This document shows, piece after piece, positions 8,528-17,453 of a stretch of DNA of 64,000 nt (positions are counted from its first letter, which is position 1; every line of letters starts with the position of its first letter). The stretch covers positions 9,695-73,694 of the forward strand of contig JAXMAA010000003.1 of NCBI GenBank assembly GCA_046350615.1, written 5' to 3'. The notes under the pieces are model-generated. The model was not told the origin of the DNA. It saw only the letters and a list, made by a program, of their open reading frames with translations, and made no database searches. This DNA is from Candidatus Saccharimonadales bacterium (GTDB taxonomy: Bacteria > Patescibacteriota > Saccharimonadia > Saccharimonadales > UBA7683). The translations under genes were made by a program, and so were the position numbers.

Positions 8528-9595
8528 CTATTTTACCAGTACGGCCCCAGATATCGCATTAGAGGCTCCGTGAACGATGAGTTCTGGCCGAGCAACATAT
8601 GCACCGCCAATTGCGGTTGCACCTCTGACTGAAGTGCTACCACTGGCTTGCATAAGTACGAATATTCGGAGAATCGCATTATTCCTACCTTCAACATTAT
8701 CTATCTGTATCGGCGGCTCAAACGTTTGTACGAGTGCCCCGCTACCAAGTTCGTGGTACTTTCGTAGGTCTCGTATCAACCTCCCCGATTTAACCGTCCC
8801 GTGTTTACCAAATATTTTCACGTCTTCAGGCCTAAGGTAGACCGTAACCCCCATCGCCATTGAGCCGAGACGAGCTTTAACAACTTGAGATTCTAATTCA
8901 CCATCAGTTTGTAATAAATCGTCGATGCCTTCGGCTACTGAAACGATGCCGAGGCGCTCAAGGTACGATTTATTACCCTCAGTCACGAGGGGTGCTAAGC
9001 ATCTCTTTTGCAGAGTAAGGTATGGCTGGTGCGAATCCTGGTTACCAGGTATTGCCTTAATAATTACACCGCCACTCTCGCCTATGTCTGGAATGCGAAA
9101 GTCACCGGGTGTGTAGTGGTATCTGTCTCGCCCAACTACAATTTCATCATCGGTTCCATGTCTACGTGCCCCAGATATAATCACGTGCGGGACATCACCT
9201 GTGACTTGATCATAGTGGCTTAATACCCTTTCTTTTAAGCCTGAGCCAGTAGCTGCATGCATGAATCGATCAGTCACGCCGATCCCAGAAGGGCTATCTT
9301 CAAGTTCGTATGGTACGATGCGGTCGTCTACGATTGTGCAGTCAACGCGAACAACCAGGGAGTTTACACCATATGTGCGTTCGGCCAATGTTTGTTCTTT
9401 CAAGCCGTCTTGATCGCCATATGCGTCAACTGCAGCAAGCGCAAAGCTCTCTACTTCTTGTCTATGTTTATCTGTAAGCAGGACTGCATCTTCAGAAAAA
9501 GGTGTCTTGAGGCCACTGTATAGGTCAAGCATTGCCGTCTCTGCACCAAGCGCCACCTTGTTCGCACCCAGTTCTCCACTGCTAGTAACTTTCAT
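8528..9595 (-). CDS. hypothetical protein, possible ATP-grasp-type ligase fold
   Basis: Start moved to ATG 9595 (GGAGA 7 nt upstream); VRVDCTIVDDRIVPYELEDSPSG resembles an ATP-grasp Mg-binding strand; otherwise unrecognised. Confidence 0.55.
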   Translation of the reverse strand: MKVTSSGELGANKVALGAETAMLDLYSGLKTPFSEDAVLLTDKHRQEVESFALAAVDAYGDQDGLKEQTLAERTYGVNSLVVRVDCTIVDDRIVPYELEDSPSGIGVTDRFMHAATGSGLKERVLSHYDQVTGDVPHVIISGARRHGTDDEIVVGRDRYHYTPGDFRIPDIGESGGVIIKAIPGNQDSHQPYLTLQKRCLAPLVTEGNKSYLERLGIVSVAEGIDDLLQTDGELESQVVKARLGSMAMGVTVYLRPEDVKIFGKHGTVKSGRLIRDLRKYHELGSGALVQTFEPPIQIDNVEGRNNAILRIFVLMQASGSTSVRGATAIGGAYVARPELIVHGASNAISGAVLVK

Positions 9596-9913
9596 GTATA
9601 TTCTCCATTTAGATATTAAAAAATCGCCTGTTGTGGCGATCTTTTCGATATCTTTGATGTATGTAAGATTATGCAAACACACGGAACAAACCGCCACGGG
9701 AAGTGTCGGTAAACCAATAAGTACTTGTGTGCATGATCTGCTTCATAATGTTTGGTAGAGTATATATTATTGCACCTTACTTTGTCGAGGGTGATACTCT
9801 ATCTTATCATAATAACATATAAATAACATATTTGTCAAGTCTTATTCGTACGGTGTTGTATTGGTGAGGTGCTTAGTCACAAGGTTGCCCCTGCAGGCAT
9901 ACGGTTTTTTGTG

Positions 9914-9942
9914 TTGAAGATGGGTTATAAAATGCTTATACT
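9914..9942 (+). promoter_or_regulatory. sigma70-like promoter for the 9974 gene
   Basis: TTGAAG (9914-9919), 17-nt spacer, TATACT (9937-9942); GGGAG SD 5 nt before the ATG. Confidence 0.45.
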
Positions 9943-9973
9943 AAGCACATATTCATAAAATAATGGGAGTTTC

Positions 9974-10492
9974 ATGATGCGACAGTTAAAAGATGACATG
10001 AGTGGGTTTGGCGGTCTGGAAATCGTTCTTGTGCTGATAACCGTAGGGCTTGTTGGGTTCATTGGGTGGTATGCATATAGTCATCGTTCTGAGGAAGGTA
10101 CATCAGTAGAGCAGAAAACTGCTCAGACACCATTGCCACACGATAGTAGTGCTGACGTATCGGCGTTTGTTAACAAGTTCTACAAGCAGTACTATCAGGT
10201 ATCATCTTCAGTAGATACTCCCCTTGATACTACACAATTAAAAGCTTTAGTAGCGGCAAGTGGCACACAGAAGCTCGTTGAGGCATATGCAGACGCAGTT
10301 GGGAAAGATCCTGTTTTGTGTGCGCAGAATATGCCGACTAAGGCCCCTCAGGTTATTAGTAGTGAGGTGCAGGGCGCTACTACACTGTCGGTAGTGCGAA
10401 CAACCTGGGAGCGTGGCCCAGATCAAACCATAAAGGTCACTACTCTTGGCCGTGGCGACCTTAAGATTGATTCCATAACTTGTGGTGAGTAG
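9974..10492 (+). CDS. membrane-anchored protein with type IV pilin-like N-terminus
   Basis: MMRQLKDDMSG|FGGLEIVLVLITVGLVGFIGWYAY: short charged leader ending in Gly, Glu at +5, about 20 hydrophobic residues. Confidence 0.6.
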   Translation: MMRQLKDDMSGFGGLEIVLVLITVGLVGFIGWYAYSHRSEEGTSVEQKTAQTPLPHDSSADVSAFVNKFYKQYYQVSSSVDTPLDTTQLKALVAASGTQKLVEAYADAVGKDPVLCAQNMPTKAPQVISSEVQGATTLSVVRTTWERGPDQTIKVTTLGRGDLKIDSITCGE

Positions 10493-10574
10493 TTTGGCTG
10501 TTCGATCTGGTGGTGAGGCTTCGGTCAGTGGATTGAAGTTATTTTATGCATTAACACTACTATATCATGCCATA

Positions 10575-10602
10575 AAAAGAGCCGCATGGGGCGACTCTTT
10601 TT
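10575..10602. terminator. bidirectional intrinsic terminator between convergent genes
   Basis: AAAAGAG-C-CGC [ATGGG] GCG-A-CTCTTTT: stem with one mismatch, A-tract on one side and T-tract on the other. Confidence 0.45.
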
Positions 10603-10614
10603 GTCTTAGACGTA

Positions 10615-11013
10615 CTAACGCTTTGAGAACTGCTCGCGGCGTCGGGCACCTTTGAGACCAGGTTTTTTACGCTCTTTTTCTCGAGGGTCACGTTTTAGGA
10701 GACCATCTTTTTTAAGTGTTGAGCGAAGATCGTCGTTCATAGCACTGAGTGCTTTCGAAATCGCGAGCTTGCTGGCACCAACCTGTGAATGATGGCCACC
10801 ACCGTCAACCTTTAGGCTGATATCAAAGCTCTCTGTCTTTTGTAGCAAGCGGAGAGGCTCTGTTAGCTCGTAGACAAACGATTCGTTACCGTTAAAGTAT
10901 TCACTTGCAGGCTGTTCGTTTACAATTACTACGCCTTTACCACCTACGAGACGAGCACGGGCGGTGGCACTTTTACGTCGGCCGAGGCCGTAGAAATAAT
11001 CATTTTTAGCCAC
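10615..11013 (-). CDS. rpsI: 30S ribosomal protein S9
   Basis: GLGRRKSATARARL N-terminus, C-terminal ...RRREQFSKR. Confidence 0.95.
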   Translation of the reverse strand: MAKNDYFYGLGRRKSATARARLVGGKGVVIVNEQPASEYFNGNESFVYELTEPLRLLQKTESFDISLKVDGGGHHSQVGASKLAISKALSAMNDDLRSTLKKDGLLKRDPREKERKKPGLKGARRREQFSKR

Positions 11014-11446
11014 GTTTTACCTCAACTTTCTTAGGTTGTTGTGCTGCGTGGGTGTGGTTTTCATCAACAAATACACGGAGACGCGCTAGGCGCTCGGCTG
11101 CGAGTTTATTTTTTGGAACCATACCTTTTACTGCTGTTTTTATAACTGCGGTTGGATCTTTCACCATCTGCTCTTTCAATGTCGCTTCCTTCAGTCCACC
11201 AGGAAAACCACTGTAGCTATAGTATTTTTTTGCCTCAAGTTTATTTCCGGTAACCTGCAGGTTCTGCGCATTGATAACAACAACAAAGTCGCCGCAATCA
11301 ATGTGAGGCGTGTACATTGGCTTATTTTTACCAGTTAAATGACCGGCAATAACGGTTGCAATGCGGCCAAGTGGTGCTTCTGAAGCGTCGATGAGCAGCC
11401 AGTTACGAGTAACCTCGGTTGGTTTTGCAGAATAAGTTTTACTCAT
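11006..11446 (-). CDS. rplM: 50S ribosomal protein L13
   Basis: RNWLLIDASEAPLGRIAT..., YYSYSGFPGG; upstream of rpsI as usual. Confidence 0.95.
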   Translation of the reverse strand: MSKTYSAKPTEVTRNWLLIDASEAPLGRIATVIAGHLTGKNKPMYTPHIDCGDFVVVINAQNLQVTGNKLEAKKYYSYSGFPGGLKEATLKEQMVKDPTAVIKTAVKGMVPKNKLAAERLARLRVFVDENHTHAAQQPKKVEVKRG

Positions 11447-11907
11447 TATTTCTCTCCCTTTGCTTCAGCTCTTGCTGCTGGCTTCTTGGCTGGAGTAGCT
11501 TTTTTAGTTTCCACTGCCACAGTAGGTTTCTTCACTTCTGGCTTGGCGTTGATATCATCAACAAAGCTGATGCGTGCCATTTGAGTGTTGTCACCGCGGC
11601 GAAGGCTGGTGCGTTCGATTCGTAGATATCCACTGGTGCGCTGCACTGCTGGAGCAATTTGATCGACCAACTTATGTGCGGCTGGAACACTGCCGAGCAC
11701 GCTCACAATAAGACGGCGATTATGAAGATCGCCTTTTTTTGCTTTACTTACTAACTTTTCAAAATTCGGTCGAAGTTCTTTGGCTTTTGGAAGCGTGGTT
11801 TCAATGCTGCCATGTTCAACCAGTGCGATTGAAAGGCTGCGCATGAGTGCTCGGCGTTGATCACGCTCTCTGCCAAATTTACGACCAACATATCCGTGAC
11901 GATGCAT
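11446..11907 (-). CDS. rplQ: 50S ribosomal protein L17 with Lys/Ala-rich C-terminal tail
   Basis: GRKFGRERDQRRALMRSL, TTLPKAKELRP; follows rpoA. Confidence 0.95.
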   Translation of the reverse strand: MHRHGYVGRKFGRERDQRRALMRSLSIALVEHGSIETTLPKAKELRPNFEKLVSKAKKGDLHNRRLIVSVLGSVPAAHKLVDQIAPAVQRTSGYLRIERTSLRRGDNTQMARISFVDDINAKPEVKKPTVAVETKKATPAKKPAARAEAKGEK

Positions 11908-12831
11908 TTAGAACTCCAATTCAGCCATTTTATCTTTAACTTCGTCCAATGCTTTGCTGCCAAAGCCTTTTAGTTCGCGTAGCTCAACTTCGCCAAGCGT
12001 CACGAGATCACCGATGGTCTTGATGCCATTATTGAGCAGTGCGTTTGCGGTACGGGCAGTGAGGTTGAGATCTTCAATTGGTGTCATAAGCTCTGTGGCT
12101 TCATCATCAGCACCAGATTGCGTGAGTGGCTGTGCGGCTGCTACGGTCGTAGTACCAGCGAGTGCGGTGTATTGGTTGACCAAAATTGCAGCTGCTTCCT
12201 CAAACGCTTCTCGTGGTGTCAGCGAGCCGTCGGTATCAACGGTTAGGAGGAGTTTATCGAGATCAGTCATTTGACCAACACGAGTACTCTCGACTTTATA
12301 GCGAACACGTACAACTGGGCTGAAGATTGCATCAACAGCAATCATGTCACTTGGGCGGCTTTCTGCTGGTGTTGCCTCGATAGTTCTATAGCCACGACCA
12401 GACTCTACCAGGATATCCATAACAAATGGCTTGGCGCTGTCGAGCGTTGCAATCAGTTGATCTTGGTTGATGACTTCAACTTGATCTGTAGTTTTAATAT
12501 CTGCTGCGGTAATTGCGCCTTTTGTCTTCTTTTCAATACGCACCGTTTGAGGTTCGTCGCTATGTACCTTAAAGCGCACTTGCTTAAGGTTGAGCATGAT
12601 GTCTACGACATCTTCCTTTACACCTTCGACGGTTGTAAATTCGTGCGTGATACCTTCAATTTTGAATGCAACTACGGCCGCACCTTCAATTGAAGAAAGT
12701 AGTACGCGACGAAGACTGTTGCCGAGAGTCATACCATAACCGGTATGTAGTGGTTCAATAACGAAGGTTGCGCTTGTTGCTGAGTGGTCATCAACTGACG
12801 CTAGTGATGGGTTGTGAATCATTTTTGACAT
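11908..12831 (-). CDS. rpoA: DNA-directed RNA polymerase subunit alpha
   Basis: GNSLRRVLLSSIEGAAV N-terminal domain; C-terminal HhH (ARTANALLNNGIKTIGDL). Confidence 0.95.
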   Translation of the reverse strand: MSKMIHNPSLASVDDHSATSATFVIEPLHTGYGMTLGNSLRRVLLSSIEGAAVVAFKIEGITHEFTTVEGVKEDVVDIMLNLKQVRFKVHSDEPQTVRIEKKTKGAITAADIKTTDQVEVINQDQLIATLDSAKPFVMDILVESGRGYRTIEATPAESRPSDMIAVDAIFSPVVRVRYKVESTRVGQMTDLDKLLLTVDTDGSLTPREAFEEAAAILVNQYTALAGTTTVAAAQPLTQSGADDEATELMTPIEDLNLTARTANALLNNGIKTIGDLVTLGEVELRELKGFGSKALDEVKDKMAELEF

Positions 12832-12859
12832 ATCTTTTCTCCTATAGAATTATCATGCC

Positions 12860-13477
12860 TTAGCGTGAGTAGTACTCAACGATCAGTTGCTCATTAATAT
12901 CAACTTCTGCTTCTTCACGAGTGGGTAGACCCGTAATTTGCACAGATTTCTTCTTTACGTCGCTTTTAAGCCAACTAAGACTTGGTTGGTTGGCTGCTGC
13001 TGCAATATCGGCCAGTTGTTTAAAGTATTCGTTGGTTGCACTTTTGGTTCTGACGGTAATTTCGTCACCTTCACTCAACCGAATAGAGGGAATATCAACT
13101 CGACGTCCATTGAGCATAAAATGGCCATGACCAACAAGTTGGCGCGCGGCTCTTCTTGAGGTTGCAAAACCAGCTCGGTAAATTGCGTTATCTAATCTTC
13201 TTTCAAGAAACTGTAGCAAAATTTGGCCAGATTGACCTGTCGAGCGGTTGGCCTCCTTCATCAGGTTGCTAAACTGCTTTTCTAGCAAGCCATACAGGCG
13301 GCGCACCTTCTGCTTTTCGCGAAGTTGCAGGGCATAGCCACTTGGCTTTTGCTGGCGGCCACCACCGTGCTCGCCGGGGATATTAGTACGCTTAACCATG
13401 ATTTTGTGTGCTTTTGGATGAAGCGCATAACCTTCTCGGCGACTCTGCTTAACAATTGGAGATCTATCTCGTGCCAT
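12860..13477 (-). CDS. rpsD: 30S ribosomal protein S4
   Basis: LREKQKVRRLYG, S4 domain RLDNAIYRAGFATSRRAARQLVGHGH. Confidence 0.95.
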   Translation of the reverse strand: MARDRSPIVKQSRREGYALHPKAHKIMVKRTNIPGEHGGGRQQKPSGYALQLREKQKVRRLYGLLEKQFSNLMKEANRSTGQSGQILLQFLERRLDNAIYRAGFATSRRAARQLVGHGHFMLNGRRVDIPSIRLSEGDEITVRTKSATNEYFKQLADIAAAANQPSLSWLKSDVKKKSVQITGLPTREEAEVDINEQLIVEYYSR

Positions 13478-13869
13478 TATGGGTGCCTCACTTTCTTTGG
13501 TCGAACACCGCCATGCGGTACGCCGGTCTTGTCTGTAATGCTCTCAACCTCAATGCCAATAGTTGCTGCTGCACGAACTGCTGCATCTCGGCCTTGGCCA
13601 ATACCACTGATAAATACCGCTACTGTACTAAGGCCATTGTTCTGCTTTGCGGCCGTTAGGGCCTTTTCACCAGCAACTTGAGCTGCATATGCGGTACCTT
13701 TTTTACTCCCTCTAAAACCACAGGCTCCAGCACTTGCAGTTGCAATCACCTCGCCTTTTTTGTCAGTAATACTGATAATAGTATTGTTAAACGTTGCCTT
13801 AATGTGTAATTGTCCTGCTGGTACAATTCTCTTTGATTTCTTGCGTTTTGCTGTAGTTGTTTCTGCCAT
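13477..13869 (-). CDS. rpsK: 30S ribosomal protein S11
   Basis: HIKATFNNTIISITD, GFRGSKKGTAYAAQ, PHGGVRPKK. Confidence 0.95.
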   Translation of the reverse strand: MAETTTAKRKKSKRIVPAGQLHIKATFNNTIISITDKKGEVIATASAGACGFRGSKKGTAYAAQVAGEKALTAAKQNNGLSTVAVFISGIGQGRDAAVRAAATIGIEVESITDKTGVPHGGVRPKKVRHP

Positions 13870-13884
13870 GATATAATCCTAATC

Positions 13885-14271
13885 TTACGTCTTAGACGCA
13901 GCCTTCTTCTGTGTGCCGCCCACTGCAACACGCTTACCGCGCTTCGTTCGACCATTGGTACGAGTGCGTTGGCCCCTTACAGGGAGACCGTTTTTGTGGC
14001 GAATACCACGGTATGTCTGAATATCTTTCAAACGCTTGATATTGCCAGTTACAATACGCTGTAAGTCGCCTTCAACCGTAAAGTTTTTGTCGATCTCACC
14101 GCGAATTGCATCAAGTTCAGCCTCGGTAAGATCTTTTACGCGTGTGGTTGGATCTACTTTGGTTGCCTCAAGGATTTGTTTTGCATGTGCAGGACCAATG
14201 CCATACACATAAGTAAGGCTGATCTGCACTTGCTTTTCGGTTGGAATTGTTACGCCTGATATTCGAGCCAT
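13885..14271 (-). CDS. rpsM: 30S ribosomal protein S13
   Basis: [39 protein letters not shown]. Confidence 0.95.
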   Translation of the reverse strand: MARISGVTIPTEKQVQISLTYVYGIGPAHAKQILEATKVDPTTRVKDLTEAELDAIRGEIDKNFTVEGDLQRIVTGNIKRLKDIQTYRGIRHKNGLPVRGQRTRTNGRTKRGKRVAVGGTQKKAASKT

Positions 14272-14273
14272 AA

Positions 14274-14390
14274 CTAACCTTGCCTCTGCTTGTGCTTAGG
14301 TTTCTTCTTGTTGATGACGTATAGTCTGCCTTTTCGGCGCACTAGTTGGTCATCCGGACTAATCTTTTTGACGCTTGCACGTACTTTCAC
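14274..14390 (-). CDS. rpmJ: 50S ribosomal protein L36, Cys-less (C-minus) form, GTG start; absent from ORF track
   Basis: Hand translation: [38 protein letters not shown]; canonical position between infA and rpsM. Confidence 0.85.
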   Translation of the reverse strand: MKVRASVKKISPDDQLVRRKGRLYVINKKKPKHKQRQG

Positions 14391-14422
14391 GTAATCTCCT
14401 CACGTATAGATTAATTGGATTG

Positions 14423-14644
14423 TTATGATTTGCGATAGGTGATTCTGCCCTTTGTAAGATCGTAAGGGGTTAACTCAACCGTAACGCTATCGCCAGCAAC
14501 GAGTTTGATATAGTGCTTGCGCATTTTACCAGCCACGTGGGCGATGATCTGATGACCGTTTTCAAGTTCAACCCGAAATTGAGCGGATGGAAGAGCTTCC
14601 ACCACTTTCCCTTCAAGTTGTATTACTTCCTTGTTAACAGCCAT
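14423..14644 (-). CDS. infA: translation initiation factor IF-1
   Basis: [40 protein letters not shown]1-like fold, 73 aa. Confidence 0.95.
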   Translation of the reverse strand: MAVNKEVIQLEGKVVEALPSAQFRVELENGHQIIAHVAGKMRKHYIKLVAGDSVTVELTPYDLTKGRITYRKS

Positions 14645-14706
14645 AAGTTACAAGACTCCATTATACAGATGTGCAACGGATATGTAAAGAGTGGTCTCAA
14701 TAGTGG

Positions 14707-14961
14707 CTATATATGGATAGCGCTCAGATCTACTTTGGCATTCTTAGCCAGTACCTCAATGTATTTCTCCAAACGATCAATTTTATGCTGCATTGCTGCC
14801 ATCTCCACAGCATATGTGTCGATTTTAGCAGCGTAACCATCGATTACGCTTACTAGTCTTTCAATATCTTTTTTATCAGCCTTTTCGTCAAGTTTCTGTT
14901 CGATGATATCAAAGCGATCTTCTATATAGCTGAACAATTTTGTAAACTGATCGTCATCCAT
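14707..14961 (-). CDS. small coiled-coil protein, family member A
   Basis: 84 aa; MDDDQFTKLFSYIED... and KIDRLEKYIEVL; paralog of 45403-45645; TGaTATAAT 7 nt upstream of ATG. Confidence 0.7.
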   Translation of the reverse strand: MDDDQFTKLFSYIEDRFDIIEQKLDEKADKKDIERLVSVIDGYAAKIDTYAVEMAAMQHKIDRLEKYIEVLAKNAKVDLSAIHI

Positions 14962-15014
14962 GCGTTTGATTATATCATTAGACTTTAGTCTCTGCGACTC
15001 TTACATTACAAAAT

Positions 15015-15455
15015 TTAAGATTGTCCGAAAAGCTCGACAACCATTACCGAAATTATATAAAACATACTGGTTGCCAATATAAAGAGCGGTAATATGAAAG
15101 CTGTCCAATTCAGGATCGCCGCTATTCTGTTGCTTGAGATCACAATTGTACTATGATCACCGCATAACCTAGCTGGGGCTTTCGTGTCGAGTGACATATC
15201 GACGGATCTTTCATACCGAAATGGAAAGCCTGGCTCAATAATGTACCTCGCTTTGCCAATGGACATTTTTTCTAACTTCTCACATTGATCAGGGTAGATC
15301 GGAGGTGTCCATCCTATCGGGATTTTGATTGAAAGTTTAGTGAAGCCTACGGTTGAGAATATAGATATTGGTATACTCAGAAAAAGCCAACCGAATGAGA
15401 TTATAAATAGAACAGATGCTTTGCTTTGATTGTCAAGTTTGCGGAAAGGTAGCAT
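15015..15455 (-). CDS. hypothetical membrane protein (2 predicted TM helices)
   Basis: Hydrophobic stretches SVLFIISFGWLFLSIPISIF and AFILPLFILATSMFYIISVMVV. Confidence 0.55.
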   Translation of the reverse strand: MLPFRKLDNQSKASVLFIISFGWLFLSIPISIFSTVGFTKLSIKIPIGWTPPIYPDQCEKLEKMSIGKARYIIEPGFPFRYERSVDMSLDTKAPARLCGDHSTIVISSNRIAAILNWTAFILPLFILATSMFYIISVMVVELFGQS

Positions 15456-15464
15456 GTCTATTGA

Positions 15465-16862
15465 TTAGTAATCTTGGTCGTAGGTGACCATGAGGGCGCG
15501 AGATTCTAGCTGGCGGAGGGTTTCTAGGGCTACGGAGACGACGATGAGGAGTCCGGTGCCGCCAATTGTGAGTTGTGTTGTTCCAAGAATGCGTTCAACA
15601 AATAATGGGAGCAATGCTAGTAAGCCAAGGCTAAGTGCGCCGAATAAATTGAGGCGGCTGACGATCTTTTTTAAATATGTTTCAGTTTGTTCGCCAGGGC
15701 GAATCTTATCTATAAAACCGCCTTGCTTCTGGAGGTTTTCGGCAATTTCTTTTGCATTAAATACCACACTTGTATAGAAGTAAGTGAAAGCAAATATAAG
15801 CAGAAAATAAATAGCTGGATACGCATAAGTATTGATCGGATTATTGCTTAACTGCTGTTGTTGGCCCGGTTGCGCAAACCACACAGTAAGATTGGTTCCA
15901 AGTTCGGCTACCCACGGTTTACTGTTGCTCTTAATTAACTCTCCTACAAATTGAGGCACACTTAAAAAGGCAACTGCAAAGATAATGGGGATGACACCTG
16001 CGGTAATGAGCTTTACGGGTAAGATCGTCCCCACCCCTCCATAGGCTCTGTTGCCTTGCACCCTCTTGGCATAACTCACTTTTATAACTCGCTGAGCCTC
16101 ATTAAGCTTCACTACAAGATATGTAACGATTGCTGTTGCCACAAGAATGGCGGTGGTTATGGCCAAGCCTTTACCACTAATTGGCAACGTAAACCAATTG
16201 AAGACGTTCAGTTTCTGCTGTTCTCCAGTGACGGTTTGCACCAAGGTTGCACCGGTTTTAGGCAATCTTGAAACAATTCCCGCAAAAATAAGCAGGCTAA
16301 TACCATTGCCTATTCCTTGCTCAGTTATAAGCTCTCCGACCCACATAAGGAGCATTGAGCCACCTGTGAGTGTGGCAACCATGAGCACCCACTGGAATAG
16401 TGAGGTATTGCCCGTAATATCAATTCCAAGCGTACCTGCAGCCTGCTGACGAATTAAAAGTATGAGGCCAAAAGATTGCACAATGGCCAACGGTAACGTG
16501 ATAATACGAGTCCATTGGTTGATCTTACGTCTACCAACTTCGCCATCTTGTTGCAACTCCTCAAGCTTTGGGAACGCCTTGGTGAGCAGCTGCATAATGA
16601 TCGAGGCATTAATGTATGGGCCCAAACCCATGAGCATAATTGAGAGGCTTGAAAGGGCGCCACCTGAGAGGAGATCGAAAAATCCAAGTAATTGTTGTGA
16701 GCTAAACAGGTTGTTAATAAGCTGGCGTAACTGAGTTGGTTCTGCAAGCGGAATTGGAATATGTGAAAGCATGCGGTAGGCTACTATTAACAGCACAACT
16801 ATGAGGAGTCGTTTTTGCATATCTCTGCTTTTCAGCGATTGTCGGATTGTCTTCCAGCTCAC
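15465..16862 (-). CDS. secY: preprotein translocase subunit SecY
   Basis: 465 aa, about 10 TM; GLGPYINASIIMQLL and GGTGLLIVVSVALET motifs; follows rplO. Confidence 0.95.
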   Translation of the reverse strand: MSWKTIRQSLKSRDMQKRLLIVVLLIVAYRMLSHIPIPLAEPTQLRQLINNLFSSQQLLGFFDLLSGGALSSLSIMLMGLGPYINASIIMQLLTKAFPKLEELQQDGEVGRRKINQWTRIITLPLAIVQSFGLILLIRQQAAGTLGIDITGNTSLFQWVLMVATLTGGSMLLMWVGELITEQGIGNGISLLIFAGIVSRLPKTGATLVQTVTGEQQKLNVFNWFTLPISGKGLAITTAILVATAIVTYLVVKLNEAQRVIKVSYAKRVQGNRAYGGVGTILPVKLITAGVIPIIFAVAFLSVPQFVGELIKSNSKPWVAELGTNLTVWFAQPGQQQQLSNNPINTYAYPAIYFLLIFAFTYFYTSVVFNAKEIAENLQKQGGFIDKIRPGEQTETYLKKIVSRLNLFGALSLGLLALLPLFVERILGTTQLTIGGTGLLIVVSVALETLRQLESRALMVTYDQDY

Positions 16863-16985
16863 GTTTGTTTCCTTCTCTTGTAATCGTATTACAGTATAAC
16901 AGTAACGATGCTAATCGTCATTACCACTGGCTTGTCGAAAGATCTAATACTGTGATGCTTCGACTGCACGCAGGGCGACGGTTGA

Positions 16986-17453
16986 CTAGGCTTCAGCCTT
17001 AGCTTTCTCGCGCTTTGGTACCTCAGTAACCTCAAAGCTGCCACCACCTTTTTCAATCAGTTCAATTGCAGATTTACTGGCGTTTTGTACACTTACTTTT
17101 AAAGCGCCTTTGACTTCGCCGCGAGTAATAATCTTCACAGCATGGTACGGATTTGCAATTAAACCAGACTCAGCCAGAGTAAAATTATCGATGGTTTTGC
17201 CAGATACAAATTGCAGGTTTTCTGTGTATACAATCTGTGCCTTGGCTCTCGGACTTTTAAAGCCCTTGAGTTTCGGGATACGCATCATCAGTGGATTTTG
17301 ACCACCTTCAAAACCTGGGCGTAGTTTTTTACCAGTTCGCGCTTTTTGACCTTTCGTGCCACGGCCAGCAGTTTTACCTTGACCAGCGCTAATACCGCGG
17401 CCAACACGAGTTTTATTCTGCTTCTTTTGCATATCAAGTTCATGAAACTTCAT
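16986..17453 (-). CDS. rplO: 50S ribosomal protein L15
   Basis: RVGRGISAGQGKTAGRGTKGQKAR glycine-rich N-terminus. Confidence 0.95.
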   Translation of the reverse strand: MKFHELDMQKKQNKTRVGRGISAGQGKTAGRGTKGQKARTGKKLRPGFEGGQNPLMMRIPKLKGFKSPRAKAQIVYTENLQFVSGKTIDNFTLAESGLIANPYHAVKIITRGEVKGALKVSVQNASKSAIELIEKGGGSFEVTEVPKREKAKAEA

